A stretch of DNA of 64,000 nucleotides from an uncultured Candidatus Rokubacteria bacterium (GCA_963758635.1 CAVWWD010000004.1:160001-224000), one strand, 5' to 3'; shown: positions 1 through 9,951, counted from the stretch's first letter. Notes: generated from the letters alone by a model not told the origin. Made by a program: numbers and translations.

Positions 1-174
1 GGCCATGAGCGCCGCCGACTCCTCGTGCCGGACCTGGACGAACCGGATGCGGTCCTGGCGGGTGCGGAGGGCCTCCATGATCCCGTTGATCCCGTCCCCG
101 GGGAGGCCGAACACGACCTCGACCCCCCAGTCCTGGATCGTCTCCACGAGCACGTCTGCGACGGTCGGCGCCAT
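1..174 (-). CDS. TPP-dependent pyruvate oxidase/dehydrogenase, N-terminus (runs off the window edge)
   Basis: Manual translation MAPTVADVLVETIQDWGVEVVFGLPGDGINGIMEALRTRQDRIRFVQVRHEESAALMA matches the PoxB-type N-terminal motif; AGGAGGA RBS upstream. Confidence 0.85.
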   Translation of the reverse strand, partial: MAPTVADVLVETIQDWGVEVVFGLPGDGINGIMEALRTRQDRIRFVQVRHEESAALMA

Positions 175-200
175 GTCCGTTCCTCCTGGAACGTTCCTTG

Positions 201-216
201 GGCAAGTTCCGTGCCC
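201..216 (-). promoter_or_regulatory. sigma54 -24/-12 promoter
   Basis: Minus strand GGGCACGGAACTTGCC (GG-N10-GC) just upstream of the pyruvate oxidase gene. Confidence 0.6.
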
Positions 217-464
217 AGCCGATCCGCGCGCCCGGCCGCGCGGTACGCCACGCCTCGGTCAGGCCACCGGGCGATGTGTGTCAGCTTGACCGGGTCGGCC
301 GTACCGCCGTCGCGCGGGGAGCGGTCGCCGCACGCGTCCCCCTGGCCTGCCGGCATCGATCGCGCTACCCTCGGGCGTACCCGCGGGCGGCCGCAATGGT
401 CCGGGCGCCAGGGCAAGAGCGGGGATCACGCACGAGAGTCCGGAGCACGACAAGGAGGCTCGCG

Positions 465-1583
465 ATGGGGCGCACCTACAACGTCATCGACGCGGACGGT
501 CACGTGCTCGAGCCGGTGGACCTCTGGCAGACCTACATGGATCCCGCGTACCGCGATCGCGCGCCGCGGCTCATCGTGGACACCGACGGCAAGGAGCGGC
601 TGCGCGTGGAGGGCAAGGTGCTCGGCAGCCCCAAGGGCCTCGGGCTCATCGGCGCCATCGGCGCCCGCCAGGGCACGGTGGACGACGCGACGATGAAGTA
701 CGTGGAGGGCCGCAAGGGCGGCTTCGACCCCCACGCGCGCATCCCGGACATGGACCTCGACGGGATCGACGCCGCGTTCCTCTACCCGAGCCTCGGCCTC
801 TTCTCGGGCGCCATCACGGAACCCGGCCTCGCCGCCGCGACGTGCCGCGCGTACAACCGCTGGCTCGCCGACTACTGCAAGCCGTACCCGGATCGGCTCT
901 TCGGCGTGGCCATGCTGCCCATGCAGTCCATCGACCTCGCCATCCAGGAGATGCGCTTCGCGCGCAAGGAGCTCGGCATGCGCGGGGGCTTCTTGCGCCC
1001 CAACCCGTACAACGGCCGCATGCTCCACCACCCGGACTACGCGCCGTTCTGGCAGGAGGTGCAGGAGCTCGACTTCTCCATCGGGCTCCACGAGGGCGCG
1101 AGCGGCGGCATGCCGCAGGTCGGCGTCGACCGCTTCGAGACGCGCGGCGCGCGCCACATCATCTCGCACACGATGGAGATGATGCTGGCGGCCATGAGCG
1201 TGATCTGGGAGGGCGTGTGCGATCGCTATCCGCGCGTGCGCATCGCCTTCCTCGAGTCCGGCGGCGGCTGGATCGCGCCGTGGCTCGACCGCATGGACCG
1301 GCACTTCGACGACGCCGGCTTCAACGACTCCGGGCTCACCACGCGCCCGAGCGAGCTGTTCCAGCGCAACTGCTGGATCTCCTTCGAGCCGGTGGAGGGG
1401 AGCCTCTCCGTCCTCGCCGACTACATCGGGCCGCACAAGATCCTGTGGGCCACCGACTACCCGCATCCCGACGGGTTCTTCCCGGGCGCGCCCGACCTGA
1501 TCGCCAAGCGGCCGGAGCTCTCGGCCAAGACCAAGCACCAGATCCTCGCCGGCGGGGCCATGGGGTTCTACGGCCTGTCGTAG
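465..1583 (+). CDS. Amidohydrolase_2 family protein
   Basis: IDADGHVLEP, LESGGGW and WATDYPHPD motifs; AAGGAGG RBS before ATG 465. Confidence 0.9.
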   Translation: MGRTYNVIDADGHVLEPVDLWQTYMDPAYRDRAPRLIVDTDGKERLRVEGKVLGSPKGLGLIGAIGARQGTVDDATMKYVEGRKGGFDPHARIPDMDLDGIDAAFLYPSLGLFSGAITEPGLAAATCRAYNRWLADYCKPYPDRLFGVAMLPMQSIDLAIQEMRFARKELGMRGGFLRPNPYNGRMLHHPDYAPFWQEVQELDFSIGLHEGASGGMPQVGVDRFETRGARHIISHTMEMMLAAMSVIWEGVCDRYPRVRIAFLESGGGWIAPWLDRMDRHFDDAGFNDSGLTTRPSELFQRNCWISFEPVEGSLSVLADYIGPHKILWATDYPHPDGFFPGAPDLIAKRPELSAKTKHQILAGGAMGFYGLS

Positions 1584-1611
1584 GGGCGCACCGGGAGCGA
1601 CGGAGGGAGCG

Positions 1612-2973
1612 ATGGCCGACAGCGCGCCGGGAAAGCTCAAGCACCTGGTCAACGTCGACGCGGGGATGGTGAGCCGCGAGATCTTCGTCAACGAGGAGAT
1701 CTACCGGCAGGAGCAGGAGCAGATCTTCGCCCGCGCCTGGCTCCTGGTGGGGCACGAGAGCCAGATCCCGCGGCCCGGCGACTTCTTCGCGTCCTCGATG
1801 GGCGAGGAGTCGGTCATCCTCTGCCGCGACCGCGCGGGGAAGATCCGGGTCTTCCTCAACTCGTGCCGGCACCGCGGGATGAAGGTCTGCCGCTACGACG
1901 AGGGGAACACCGTCGAGTTCATGTGTCCGTATCACGGATGGAGCTACGGCACCGACGGCGCCCTCGTGGGCGTGCCGTTTCTCAAGGACGCCTACGGGCC
2001 GCAGCTCGACAAGACGGGCTGGGGCCTGGTGGAGGTCGCCCAGCTCACGAACCACAAGGGGACCATCTGGGCCACGTGGGACCCCGCCGCGCCTCCGTTC
2101 CTGGACTACCTGGGCGGCTATCGGCTCTACTTCGACCTGCTCGTGGACGCGTGGGACGGGCGCGAGGGCGGCAGCGAGGTCATCGGCGGCGTCCACAAGT
2201 GGCTGATCCCGTGCAACTGGAAGTTCCCCGCCGAGAACTTCTCGGGCGACCGCTACCACGGGGTGAGCCACCGCTCCGTGGACATGGTGGGCCTCGGGCC
2301 CAGCGGCACCGGCCGCCGCGACAACCGGGAGCGCAACGAGTCGCGCTGGCTCGACGTGTCGTTCCCCGAGCTGGGCCATTCCATGATCGCGTTCCTGCGG
2401 CCGCCGGGCGGCGCCATCGCGCCCGCGTACCAGCACTCGCCGGCGGTGTCGGCGTACTTCCTGCGCTGCGAGGAGGAGCGCCAGCGCCGGCGCGGCGAGG
2501 AGTGGCGGCTCTTCGGCGGCCCCGGCACGGTGTTCCCGAACGCCTCGCCGCTCGCGCGGCAGCCGCGGACGATCGCGGTGTGGCATCCGCGCGGGCCCCA
2601 CCAGACCGAGGTCTGGCGCTGGTACCTGGTCGACGCCGACGCCCCCGCCGAGGTGAAGGAGTTCCTCCGCCAGTACTACACGCGCTACTCCGGGCCATCG
2701 GGCCTGACCGAGCAGGACGACATGGAGAACTGGAACTACGCGCACGCGGCGAGCCGCGGCACCGTGGCGCGCCGGTATCCGTACAACTACGAGATGGGCC
2801 TGGGGCGGGCCACGCGGAGCTTCGAGGACCACGGCCTCGCCCTGCCCGGCACGATCATGGACGTGCCGGTGGGCACGGCGAGCGAGAACAACCAGCGCGG
2901 CTTCTACCGCCGCTGGCGCCAGCTCATGGAGGCGGGGAGCTGGAACGAGCTCGCCGCGCCGTTGAGCCCCTGA
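1612..2973 (+). CDS. Rieske aromatic ring-hydroxylating dioxygenase alpha subunit
   Basis: CRHRG...CPYHGW Rieske motif, NWKFPAENFSGDRYH and EQDDMENW mononuclear-iron motifs. Confidence 0.93.
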   Translation: MADSAPGKLKHLVNVDAGMVSREIFVNEEIYRQEQEQIFARAWLLVGHESQIPRPGDFFASSMGEESVILCRDRAGKIRVFLNSCRHRGMKVCRYDEGNTVEFMCPYHGWSYGTDGALVGVPFLKDAYGPQLDKTGWGLVEVAQLTNHKGTIWATWDPAAPPFLDYLGGYRLYFDLLVDAWDGREGGSEVIGGVHKWLIPCNWKFPAENFSGDRYHGVSHRSVDMVGLGPSGTGRRDNRERNESRWLDVSFPELGHSMIAFLRPPGGAIAPAYQHSPAVSAYFLRCEEERQRRRGEEWRLFGGPGTVFPNASPLARQPRTIAVWHPRGPHQTEVWRWYLVDADAPAEVKEFLRQYYTRYSGPSGLTEQDDMENWNYAHAASRGTVARRYPYNYEMGLGRATRSFEDHGLALPGTIMDVPVGTASENNQRGFYRRWRQLMEAGSWNELAAPLSP

Positions 2974-3509
2974 TGGAGCCCGGCCTCGCGCGCCTCCTAT
3001 TGAAGGAGGAGGTGTCCGACTTCCTCTACCGGGAGGCCGAGCTGCTCGACGAGCGCCGGTACGAGGAGTGGCTGGACCTCTTCACCGAGGACGCCCGCTA
3101 CTGGATGCCGATGCGGCGCAACATGCCCCCCGACGCCCGCGATCGCGAGCTCACCCGCGAAGGGGTGGACGTGAACTGGTTCGACGACGGCAAGGACACG
3201 CTGGTCCGCCGGGTCCAGCAGATCCGCACCGGCGTGCACTGGGCGGAGGAGCCGCCTTCCCGGATCTGTCACATGGTCTCGAACGTCCAGATCCTCGACG
3301 CGTCGCTGTCCAATGGCGTGCCCGCCGAGGTCTCCGTGAAGTGCCGGTTCCTCGTCTACCGGAACCGGGTCGAGACGGAGACGGACGTCCTGGTCGGCAA
3401 GCGGGAGGACCTGCTCCGCCGTCTCGACGGGGGCTGGCGCATCGCCCGCCGCAAGATCCTGCTCGACCAGAGCGTGCTGCTCACCAAGAACCTCACCTTC
3501 TTCATCTAA
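2973..3509 (+). CDS. Ring-hydroxylating dioxygenase beta subunit
   Basis: FLYREAELLDERRYEEWL...RRKILLDQSVLLTKNLTFF; TGATG coupling to the alpha gene. Confidence 0.92.
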   Translation: MEPGLARLLLKEEVSDFLYREAELLDERRYEEWLDLFTEDARYWMPMRRNMPPDARDRELTREGVDVNWFDDGKDTLVRRVQQIRTGVHWAEEPPSRICHMVSNVQILDASLSNGVPAEVSVKCRFLVYRNRVETETDVLVGKREDLLRRLDGGWRIARRKILLDQSVLLTKNLTFFI

Positions 3510-3528
3510 CCCGCGGTAGGAGGTGCAC

Positions 3529-5089
3529 ATGCGCGCCGTTCCCCTCGCTCGTCCCGGCTCTCGGCTCGCCCTCTGCCTCCTGGTGCTGGCCGCGGTGACC
3601 GTCCTCGGCCCCGCGGCGCCGGCCTCCGCCCAGCCGGGCCCGGGCGAGGTCGTGATCGCGTGGCACGTCACCATCGCGCCGTCCTGGTTCGACCCGTCCA
3701 CGGCGCCTGCCCAGATCACGCCCTTCGGCCTGCTCTACGCGATGCACGACGCCCTCGTCCGGCCGCTCCCCGGCGGCCAGCGCATGGGCCGGAGCCTCGC
3801 CGAGTCGTGGACGGAGAGCCGGGACGGCCTCACGTACGAGTTCAAGCTTCGCCCCGGGGTGAAGTTCCACAACGGCGATCCCGTCACGGCGGAGGACGTC
3901 AAGTTCAGCTTCGACCGCTACAAGGGCGCGGGCTCGAAGGAGCTCCACGCCCGGGTCCGGCAAGTCGACGATCGTCGATCCCCTCACGGTCCGCTTCGTC
4001 CTGAAGGAGCCGTGGCCCGACTTCATGACGTTCTACGGCACCACGGCCACCGCCGCGGGCATCGTGGTGCCCAAGAAGTACTTGCAGCAGGTCGGCGACG
4101 ACGGGTTCACCAAGGCGCCGATCGGCGCCGGGCCCTACCGGTTCGTGAGCCACAAGCCCGGTGTGGAGGTGGTGCTGGAGGCCAACCCGCAGTACTGGCG
4201 GAAGGTGCCCAGCGTGAAGCGCGTCGTCCTCAAGAGCGTGCCCGAGGGCACGACGCGGGTGGCCATGCTCAAGAAGGGCGAGATCGACATGGCCTACGCC
4301 CTCGATGGGGAGGACGCGGAAAACGTCCGGCGCGATCCGCGCCTCACCCTGGTGCCGTCCAAGCACGCGTCGATCTTCTGGATCGAGATGACCGAGCAGT
4401 GGGATCCCAAGTCACCGTTCGCCGACAAGCGCGTGCGCCAGGCCGCGATCCACGCCCTGGACCGGAAGACCATCAACGAGGTGGCCTGCCTCGGCTACTG
4501 CCCGCCGACCGGCGTGATCATCCCCCGCGTGATGGACTTCGCGCTTCAGACCCAGCCCCCCGCCTTCGACCCCGTGCGCGCCAAGCAGCTCCTTGCCGAG
4601 GCGGGATACCCGCGCGGGTTCGACGCCGGGGAGCTGACCCCCACGCCGCCCTTCACGACGGTGGCGGAGACCACCCTCAACTACCTGGCCGCGGTGGGGA
4701 TCCGCGCCAAGCTCCGCACGATGGAGCGGGCGACGTTCCTCGCCTCCTGGCGTGAGAAGAAGCTCCGCGGCCTCGTCCTCACCGCGGTGGGGAACTCCGG
4801 CAACGCGGCGACCCGCGTGGAGTCGTTCATCTACTCCAAGGGCGGGTACGCGTACGGGGGCTACCCGGACATCGACGACCTGTTCCAGCAGCAGGCCCGC
4901 GAGCGCGACTCGGCCAAGCGCGAGGCGATCCTGCACCAGATCCAGCAGCTCACGATCGACCGCGCGATGTTCGTGCCCATCATGGACTACCGCACGCTCC
5001 GGGGCGTGGGCCCGCGCCTGGCCGAGCACGCGCTCAACGTCATGCACCTCGTGCCGTCGCCGGCGCTGGAGGAGATGCGCCTGAAGTAG
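3529..5089 (+). CDS. ABC transporter substrate-binding protein, family 5 (frameshift near 3970)
   Basis: LAESW...YEFKLRPGVKFHNGDPVTAEDVKFSF, then PIGAGPYRF in another frame. Confidence 0.85.
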
Positions 5090-5092
5090 CGG

Positions 5093-5515
5093 TCAGACGT
5101 TCGGGGGCGCCGCGCTGATCTGGGCCAGGACGGATGGCCGGTCGATGTCGATGGCGAGGTCGCCGAGCGACACGATGCCGACCACGCTGCCGTCCTCGTC
5201 GACCACGGGGAGCCGGCGGATGGCGTGCTCCCGCATGAGGCGCACCGCCTCTCCGACCCCGGTCTCGGGGCGGACGGTGGTGATCACCCGGCTACAGATG
5301 TCGCCGGCCCGGGTCATCGTGGGGTCGCGCTCCTCGGCGACCCCGCGGACCACCACGTCGCGGTCGGTGAGGATCCCGGCCAGGCGGCTGCCGTCGAGGA
5401 CCAGCACGTCCCCGATGTCGTGGTCGCGCATGACCCGCGCGGCCTCGGTCACCGCGGAGGTCCCAGAGATCGTCAGGGGGTTCGGCGTCATCACCTCACG
5501 CACGATTTGATGCAT
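5093..5515 (-). CDS. CBS domain protein
   Basis: VREVMTPNP...GILTDRD...IRRLPVV...GIVSLGDL tandem CBS pair. Confidence 0.88.
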   Translation of the reverse strand: MHQIVREVMTPNPLTISGTSAVTEAARVMRDHDIGDVLVLDGSRLAGILTDRDVVVRGVAEERDPTMTRAGDICSRVITTVRPETGVGEAVRLMREHAIRRLPVVDEDGSVVGIVSLGDLAIDIDRPSVLAQISAAPPNV

Positions 5516-5696
5516 CGTCCATCCTCCATCGCGCCGCCGGGACCTCCAGGAAGGCGCCGGCGCAGCGCGTGCAGTACCACACCGACTCCACGAACCAGCC
5601 GCAGCACGGGCAGCACGGCACGCCGCACTCGAGGCAGCCCAGGGCCTCGGTGCCGCGCGGCAGGGGCGCCCCGCACACACAGCGCGCGGGGGTCAT
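5496..5696 (-). CDS. Small Cys-rich, probable zinc-finger protein
   Basis: 66 aa with 10 Cys (CxC, CxxC, CCxCC, CxxC); overlaps both neighbours like an operon member. Confidence 0.6.
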   Translation of the reverse strand: MTPARCVCGAPLPRGTEALGCLECGVPCCPCCGWFVESVWYCTRCAGAFLEVPAARWRMDDASNRA

Positions 5697-6064
5697 AGGA
5701 GCGTTCCCGGCCCCTGCCCCGGTCCGGGCACGGGGACGTCGGCCTCTTCAACGTCGGTCTCGGCGCCGTCGCTGGCGACGATGCGGACCACGACGCGGTC
5801 GTCGAGCACGATCGCGCGGTCGAACCGGACCATGGTGAATCCCATCGCGGCGGCGCTCCGGATCGTCGTCTCGATGGCGCGCCCGAGGGCGCCGTCGAGC
5901 GCGGCCTCGGTGCGGTCGGCGAGCGCGGCCGAGGCCTCGATGGTGACCGTCTCCGCGTGCGCGGCGCACCCGAGCAGGACGCCGGCGAGCGTCATGACGA
6001 CGACGAGGGCGCCCCGGCGGGCGGGGCGTGAGCGCTGGCTAGAAACGCGCGCTGAACCGTCCAT
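5693..6064 (-). CDS. Hypothetical exported protein (start uncertain)
   Basis: Hydrophobic signal-like segment LVVVMTLAGVLLGCAAHA; fills the gap in a minus-strand operon. Confidence 0.55.
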   Translation of the reverse strand: MDGSARVSSQRSRPARRGALVVVMTLAGVLLGCAAHAETVTIEASAALADRTEAALDGALGRAIETTIRSAAAMGFTMVRFDRAIVLDDRVVVRIVASDGAETDVEEADVPVPGPGQGPGTLL

Positions 6065-6641
6065 GCTTGCTGTCCTTGTAGCGCTGCTCGACGACCTCCC
6101 AGCTCACGTTCGCCAGGAAGGCCGTGATGTACTCGTCACGTCCGCTCGCGCCGTGGTCGACCATCCACGCGTGCTCGAACACGTCCATGACGAGGATGGG
6201 ATGGAAGCCCGCGGGGTGGTTGACCTCGTGGCTCGACACCCACCAGTTGAAGAGCCGCTGCGCGGCGGGATCGTGGTAGAGGATCGCCCAGCCCACGCCG
6301 CGCATCGCGCCGGTCCGGGCGAAGTCCTCCCGCCACGCCGTCGTGGTGCCCCAGGCCGCGGTGAGATCCGCGGCGAGGTCGCTGCCCGGGCTGAGCTTGG
6401 CCTCGGCGGCGAGGTTGCTGAAGTAGTACTCGTGGAGCACCACGCCGTCGATCTCGAAGCCGGCCCGCCGCTTGAGCTCGGCCCACGCCGGCGAGCCGGG
6501 CTCGGCCCGCTCGATCGCCTCGAGGAGCTCGTTGGCGTTCGTGACGTAGCCCTCGTAAAGGGCCCAGTGCTGGGCGATCTGCTCGTCCGAGATCCCGGCG
6601 AGGGCGCTCGGCTTGATCTGCTTGTGGACGACGTAGGTCAT
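6039..6641 (-). CDS. Fe/Mn superoxide dismutase (ChrC-like)
   Basis: HWALYEGYV, LHEYYF and DVFEHAW metal-ligand motifs. Confidence 0.9.
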   Translation of the reverse strand: MTYVVHKQIKPSALAGISDEQIAQHWALYEGYVTNANELLEAIERAEPGSPAWAELKRRAGFEIDGVVLHEYYFSNLAAEAKLSPGSDLAADLTAAWGTTTAWREDFARTGAMRGVGWAILYHDPAAQRLFNWWVSSHEVNHPAGFHPILVMDVFEHAWMVDHGASGRDEYITAFLANVSWEVVEQRYKDSKHGRFSARF

Positions 6642-6654
6642 GGCGTGCCTCCGG

Positions 6655-6804
6655 TCAGACCGGCCGCTGGCCGCGGATGATGCGGATCAGCACCACGGCG
6701 ACGGCGATCACCAGCAGGATGTGGATGAAGCCACCGATCGTGTACGAGCTGACGACGCCGAGCAGCCAGAGCACCAGCAACACGACGAAGATCGTCCACA
6801 GCAT
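6655..6804 (-). CDS. lmo0937-family small membrane protein
   Basis: MLWTIFVVLLVLWLLGVVSSYTIGGFIHILLVIAV signature; GAGAGGAG RBS. Confidence 0.88.
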   Translation of the reverse strand: MLWTIFVVLLVLWLLGVVSSYTIGGFIHILLVIAVAVVLIRIIRGQRPV

Positions 6805-6869
6805 GAGGTCTCCTCTCGTCCTGGGTTTGCCCTCGTCGCTCCGGTTGCGTGGAGCCGTCACCGTCACCC

Positions 6870-6885
6870 GGCATTTCGCGTGCCA
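6870..6885 (-). promoter_or_regulatory. sigma54 -24/-12 promoter
   Basis: Minus strand TGGCACGCGAAATGCC upstream of the lmo0937-SOD-CBS operon. Confidence 0.65.
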
Positions 6886-7007
6886 GCGCTTGGAGAAGCA
6901 CGGCGGGCGAGATGCCCAGGGGAGTTGACATCCCGCCCGCCGCCGTCGGCGTCGCGCATGGGACGCGACGCCGGACCTCTACGAGAGCGTTCGGACCAGG
7001 TGGCCCG

Positions 7008-7265
7008 CTACTTCACCGGCTCCTGCTTCGTCTCGTCCAGCTGTACCGGGCGACCGGCGCCGGAATCACGATCGCTCCGCTCTCCCGGGCGCTCGCCCGG
7101 GGGCAGATCCTGGCGCCGCTGCTCGCCGCGATCCTCTCGGCGATTCGGCTCGGCGCTCGGCTGACCAGGCTGCTGATGGGGCTCTCGCGTCTGACCAGGC
7201 TGCTGAGGCTGACTGGGCTGATGGGTCGGCTTCGGATCCATCGGCCGATTCTTGTTCTGCTTCAT
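7008..7265 (-). CDS. Small hydrophilic Q/P/E/R-rich protein
   Basis: MKQNKNRPMDPK...; AAGGAGGT RBS; own sigma54 promoter. Confidence 0.6.
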   Translation of the reverse strand: MKQNKNRPMDPKPTHQPSQPQQPGQTREPHQQPGQPSAEPNRREDRGEQRRQDLPPGERPGERSDRDSGAGRPVQLDETKQEPVK

Positions 7266-7353
7266 GGCGCGTGTGACCTCCTTTCCATGGTCGGCCCGAA
7301 CCACGATGGGCCGCCGCGTGGACCGGCCGGGGCCGGCCCGCCCTGTGTGAAAG

Positions 7354-7369
7354 AGCAAGGGATGTGCCA
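7354..7369 (-). promoter_or_regulatory. sigma54 -24/-12 promoter
   Basis: Minus strand TGGCACATCCCTTGCT, a consensus match. Confidence 0.75.
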
Positions 7370-7564
7370 CGAACGGTGCTGCCGCAAACCCTGCTCCACT
7401 GCGGCGCGTTCGTCGCGCCGCGCGGCGTCAGCCCGGCCGGTGCGTCACTTGGTACCCGGTCAAGCCGACCACCCCGGTATTCGGGGCGTATGGAAAGGTG
7501 GTCGTCCGCGCGCGTTCTCCGCGTGTTCGCCTTGTGTTCCCTGGCCGGATGGCCCGCGCGCCGC

Positions 7565-7580
7565 TGGCACGACAGTTGAA
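7565..7580 (+). promoter_or_regulatory. Possible sigma54 promoter (variant -12)
   Basis: TGGCACGACAGTTGAA upstream of the M48 peptidase; -12 reads GA instead of GC. Confidence 0.45.
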
Positions 7581-7606
7581 ACCGCGGTCTTCCGGAGGTA
7601 ATCGAC

Positions 7607-8341
7607 GTGAACACTTCACACGCGAATCGAGACACCTGGTGGCGGGTGCTCGTGCGGGGGGCGGCCGCGCTCTCGCTGGTCACCGCCATGTCGAGCTGCA
7701 CGCTGACGACCGAGACCGCCCGGCCGCAAACCGGCGCGGACCGGCCGACCGGATCGCCCACCGCGACGACCACGCCGGCGCCATCGACACGCGCGGTCGA
7801 TCGTGCCGAGGTGGAGCGGCTTCGGCGGGTGATGCTTCCCCTCTTGAAGGGGATGAACAACGCGCGCAACCCCTCGGAGGTTCGCGTGGGCATCATGGAC
7901 GACCCGCACATCAACGCGGCGAGCGCCGGGGGCGGCAAGTTCTACGTGACCACCGGCCTCCTCCAGAAGGCCAACGACGAACAGCTGTCCGGCGTGATGG
8001 CCCACGAGCTCGCCCACGACGACCTCGGCCACGTGGCCAAGGCCCAGGCGCTGTCCACGGGTCTCGGCATCGGGATCGTGATCCTGGACCAGATCATCCC
8101 GGGGAGCGGGAGCATCACGCCGATCGCCGGTCAGCTCATCGCCCGCGGCTACAGCCGGCGGGAGGAGTACGCGGCCGATCGTCACGCGATGACGATCCTC
8201 GGCCGGGCCGGCCGCCCGCCGGAGACGATGATGAGCACGCTGAACTGGCTGCTCCAGACCGAGGGCGGCAGCAGTGGCGGGTTCTTCGCCACGCACCCGG
8301 CCACCACGGATCGCATCGAGGCCTTGCGGCAGGAGCGCTAG
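7607..8341 (+). CDS. M48 family zinc metallopeptidase, probable lipoprotein
   Basis: GVMAHELAH, YSRREEYAAD and FATHP motifs. Confidence 0.9.
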   Translation: MNTSHANRDTWWRVLVRGAAALSLVTAMSSCTLTTETARPQTGADRPTGSPTATTTPAPSTRAVDRAEVERLRRVMLPLLKGMNNARNPSEVRVGIMDDPHINAASAGGGKFYVTTGLLQKANDEQLSGVMAHELAHDDLGHVAKAQALSTGLGIGIVILDQIIPGSGSITPIAGQLIARGYSRREEYAADRHAMTILGRAGRPPETMMSTLNWLLQTEGGSSGGFFATHPATTDRIEALRQER

Positions 8342-8360
8342 CGGCCCAGAAAGGACGAGC

Positions 8361-8780
8361 ATGATGGCTTCCGAGAGCGGGAAGATCACGCCCGCGCCGC
8401 TGGCGCCGATCGAGGCGAAGACCGTTGCCGAGGCGATCGCGGGGCTCGGCCGCCAGGGTTTCACCAGATGGTTTCGCGCCGTCGACGATGGTCTCCAGGT
8501 GCTGGAAGGGGGCGCGCTCGGCGCCGGCCGGACGTTCGCGCCCGAGGATCTGGTGATCCGCGCCTTCTATCGGTTCGAGGGCGTTTCCGATCCGGACGAC
8601 ATGGCCGTCGTCTACGCCATCGAGACGCGCGACGGAGCCGTGCGCGGCACGCTGACCGACGCCTTCGGCGTGTACGCCGATCCCGAGACGGGCGCGGTCG
8701 TCGAGCGTATCCGTCACGCCGCGGACGGCGAGCCGTCCGATGGCCGGCCCGGGGAGGCGCGAGCCGACCGACCGCGCTAG
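8361..8780 (+). CDS. Conserved hypothetical protein (YRFEGxSDPDD family)
   Basis: YRFEGVSDPDDMAVVYAIET...GTLTDAFGVYAD motif. Confidence 0.7.
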   Translation: MMASESGKITPAPLAPIEAKTVAEAIAGLGRQGFTRWFRAVDDGLQVLEGGALGAGRTFAPEDLVIRAFYRFEGVSDPDDMAVVYAIETRDGAVRGTLTDAFGVYADPETGAVVERIRHAADGEPSDGRPGEARADRPR

Positions 8781-8811
8781 CGATTGTCTATAATGTGCGC
8801 CTGGTGAATCC

Positions 8812-9777
8812 ATGACACGCGCACATCGCGCCGGCGCACGAGGCGGCGCCGGCCGCCTGGAGCTGACCCACCTCGGCGCGGCCGGCTGGGAGATCAGCGA
8901 CGGCGAGCGGGTGATCCTGCTCGATCCCTACCTGTCGCGGCTCCGCTATCGCGGCCGCTTCGGCTCGCAGGACGCGCCGTCCGCGCCCGGGGACCGGCGC
9001 CCGGTGTACGGTCCCGACGACCCGCTCGCGCCGGACACCGCGATGATCGACGCGCACGTGCGCCGCGCGGACTTCATCCTCCACTCGCACTCGCACTTCA
9101 ACCACACGCTGGACATGCCGCACATCGCGCGGAAGACCGGCGCCGTCGTCATCGGCACCGAGAGCACGACCAACCTGGCGCGCGCCGGTGGCGTGGACCC
9201 GAGCCGGCTCCTGACCGTGCGGGGCGGCGAGGACTACGCATTCGGCGGATTCTCGGTGCGCGTCATCCCCAGCCTGCACTCGGCGCTCCGCGGCAAGCTC
9301 CACTTCGACTCCCGGGTGATCCCCGCGGACTTCCGCGGGCCCCGGACGATGGACAACAACGTCGAGGGAGGAACGCTCGCGTACCTCCTGCGCCTCGGCG
9401 GGCACGAGATCCTCTGGTTCGGCTCGATGAACTTCATCGAGCGCGAGGTGGACGGGCTGCGTCCGGACATCGCGATGATCGCCGCCGCGCGGCAGCGCCT
9501 GGAGATCCACGACTACACGGGTCGGCTCATGCGGGCGCTCGGGCGGCCCCGGCTCGTCTTCGCCACTCACTGGGACGAGCAGTCGTTCCCGCTCGGCGCG
9601 CCTCAGGACATCCGGCTCGCCGAGGCCGCCGTCTTCGTCCGCGAGGTGAAGGCGGTGTCGCCCCGGACCCGTGTCATCGTGGCCCGGCATCTCGAGCGAC
9701 ACGTGGTGGATGGAGGGCGCCCGGCACGGACGGCCGGGCGCGCCGCGCGCCGGAAAGGGTCTCGCCGTGGGCGCTAG
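8812..9777 (+). CDS. MBL-fold metallo-hydrolase
   Basis: ILLDPY, HSHSHFNH and THWD motifs. Confidence 0.85.
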   Translation: MTRAHRAGARGGAGRLELTHLGAAGWEISDGERVILLDPYLSRLRYRGRFGSQDAPSAPGDRRPVYGPDDPLAPDTAMIDAHVRRADFILHSHSHFNHTLDMPHIARKTGAVVIGTESTTNLARAGGVDPSRLLTVRGGEDYAFGGFSVRVIPSLHSALRGKLHFDSRVIPADFRGPRTMDNNVEGGTLAYLLRLGGHEILWFGSMNFIEREVDGLRPDIAMIAAARQRLEIHDYTGRLMRALGRPRLVFATHWDEQSFPLGAPQDIRLAEAAVFVREVKAVSPRTRVIVARHLERHVVDGGRPARTAGRAARRKGSRRGR

Positions 9778-9895
9778 CCCGGCCGCGGCCGGCCATCCGA
9801 GCTGGGTGGAGCTCGACCGGGCTGCCCTCGCCGGAAACCTGAACTACCGTGTGCTCGCCTCCATTCCGCCTGCCGTGCCCCGGCTGCTCACGTAG
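9767..9895 (+). pseudogene. alr: Alanine racemase remnant with a large internal deletion
   Basis: SWVELDRAALAGNL (Alr N-terminus) joined directly to NYRVLASIPPAVPRL (Alr C-terminus). Confidence 0.6.
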
Positions 9896-9951
9896 GTACG
9901 ATCATCGCGGCCGGGCCGGGAGCCCGCCGCCGCCCAGGGAGAGTCACGACC

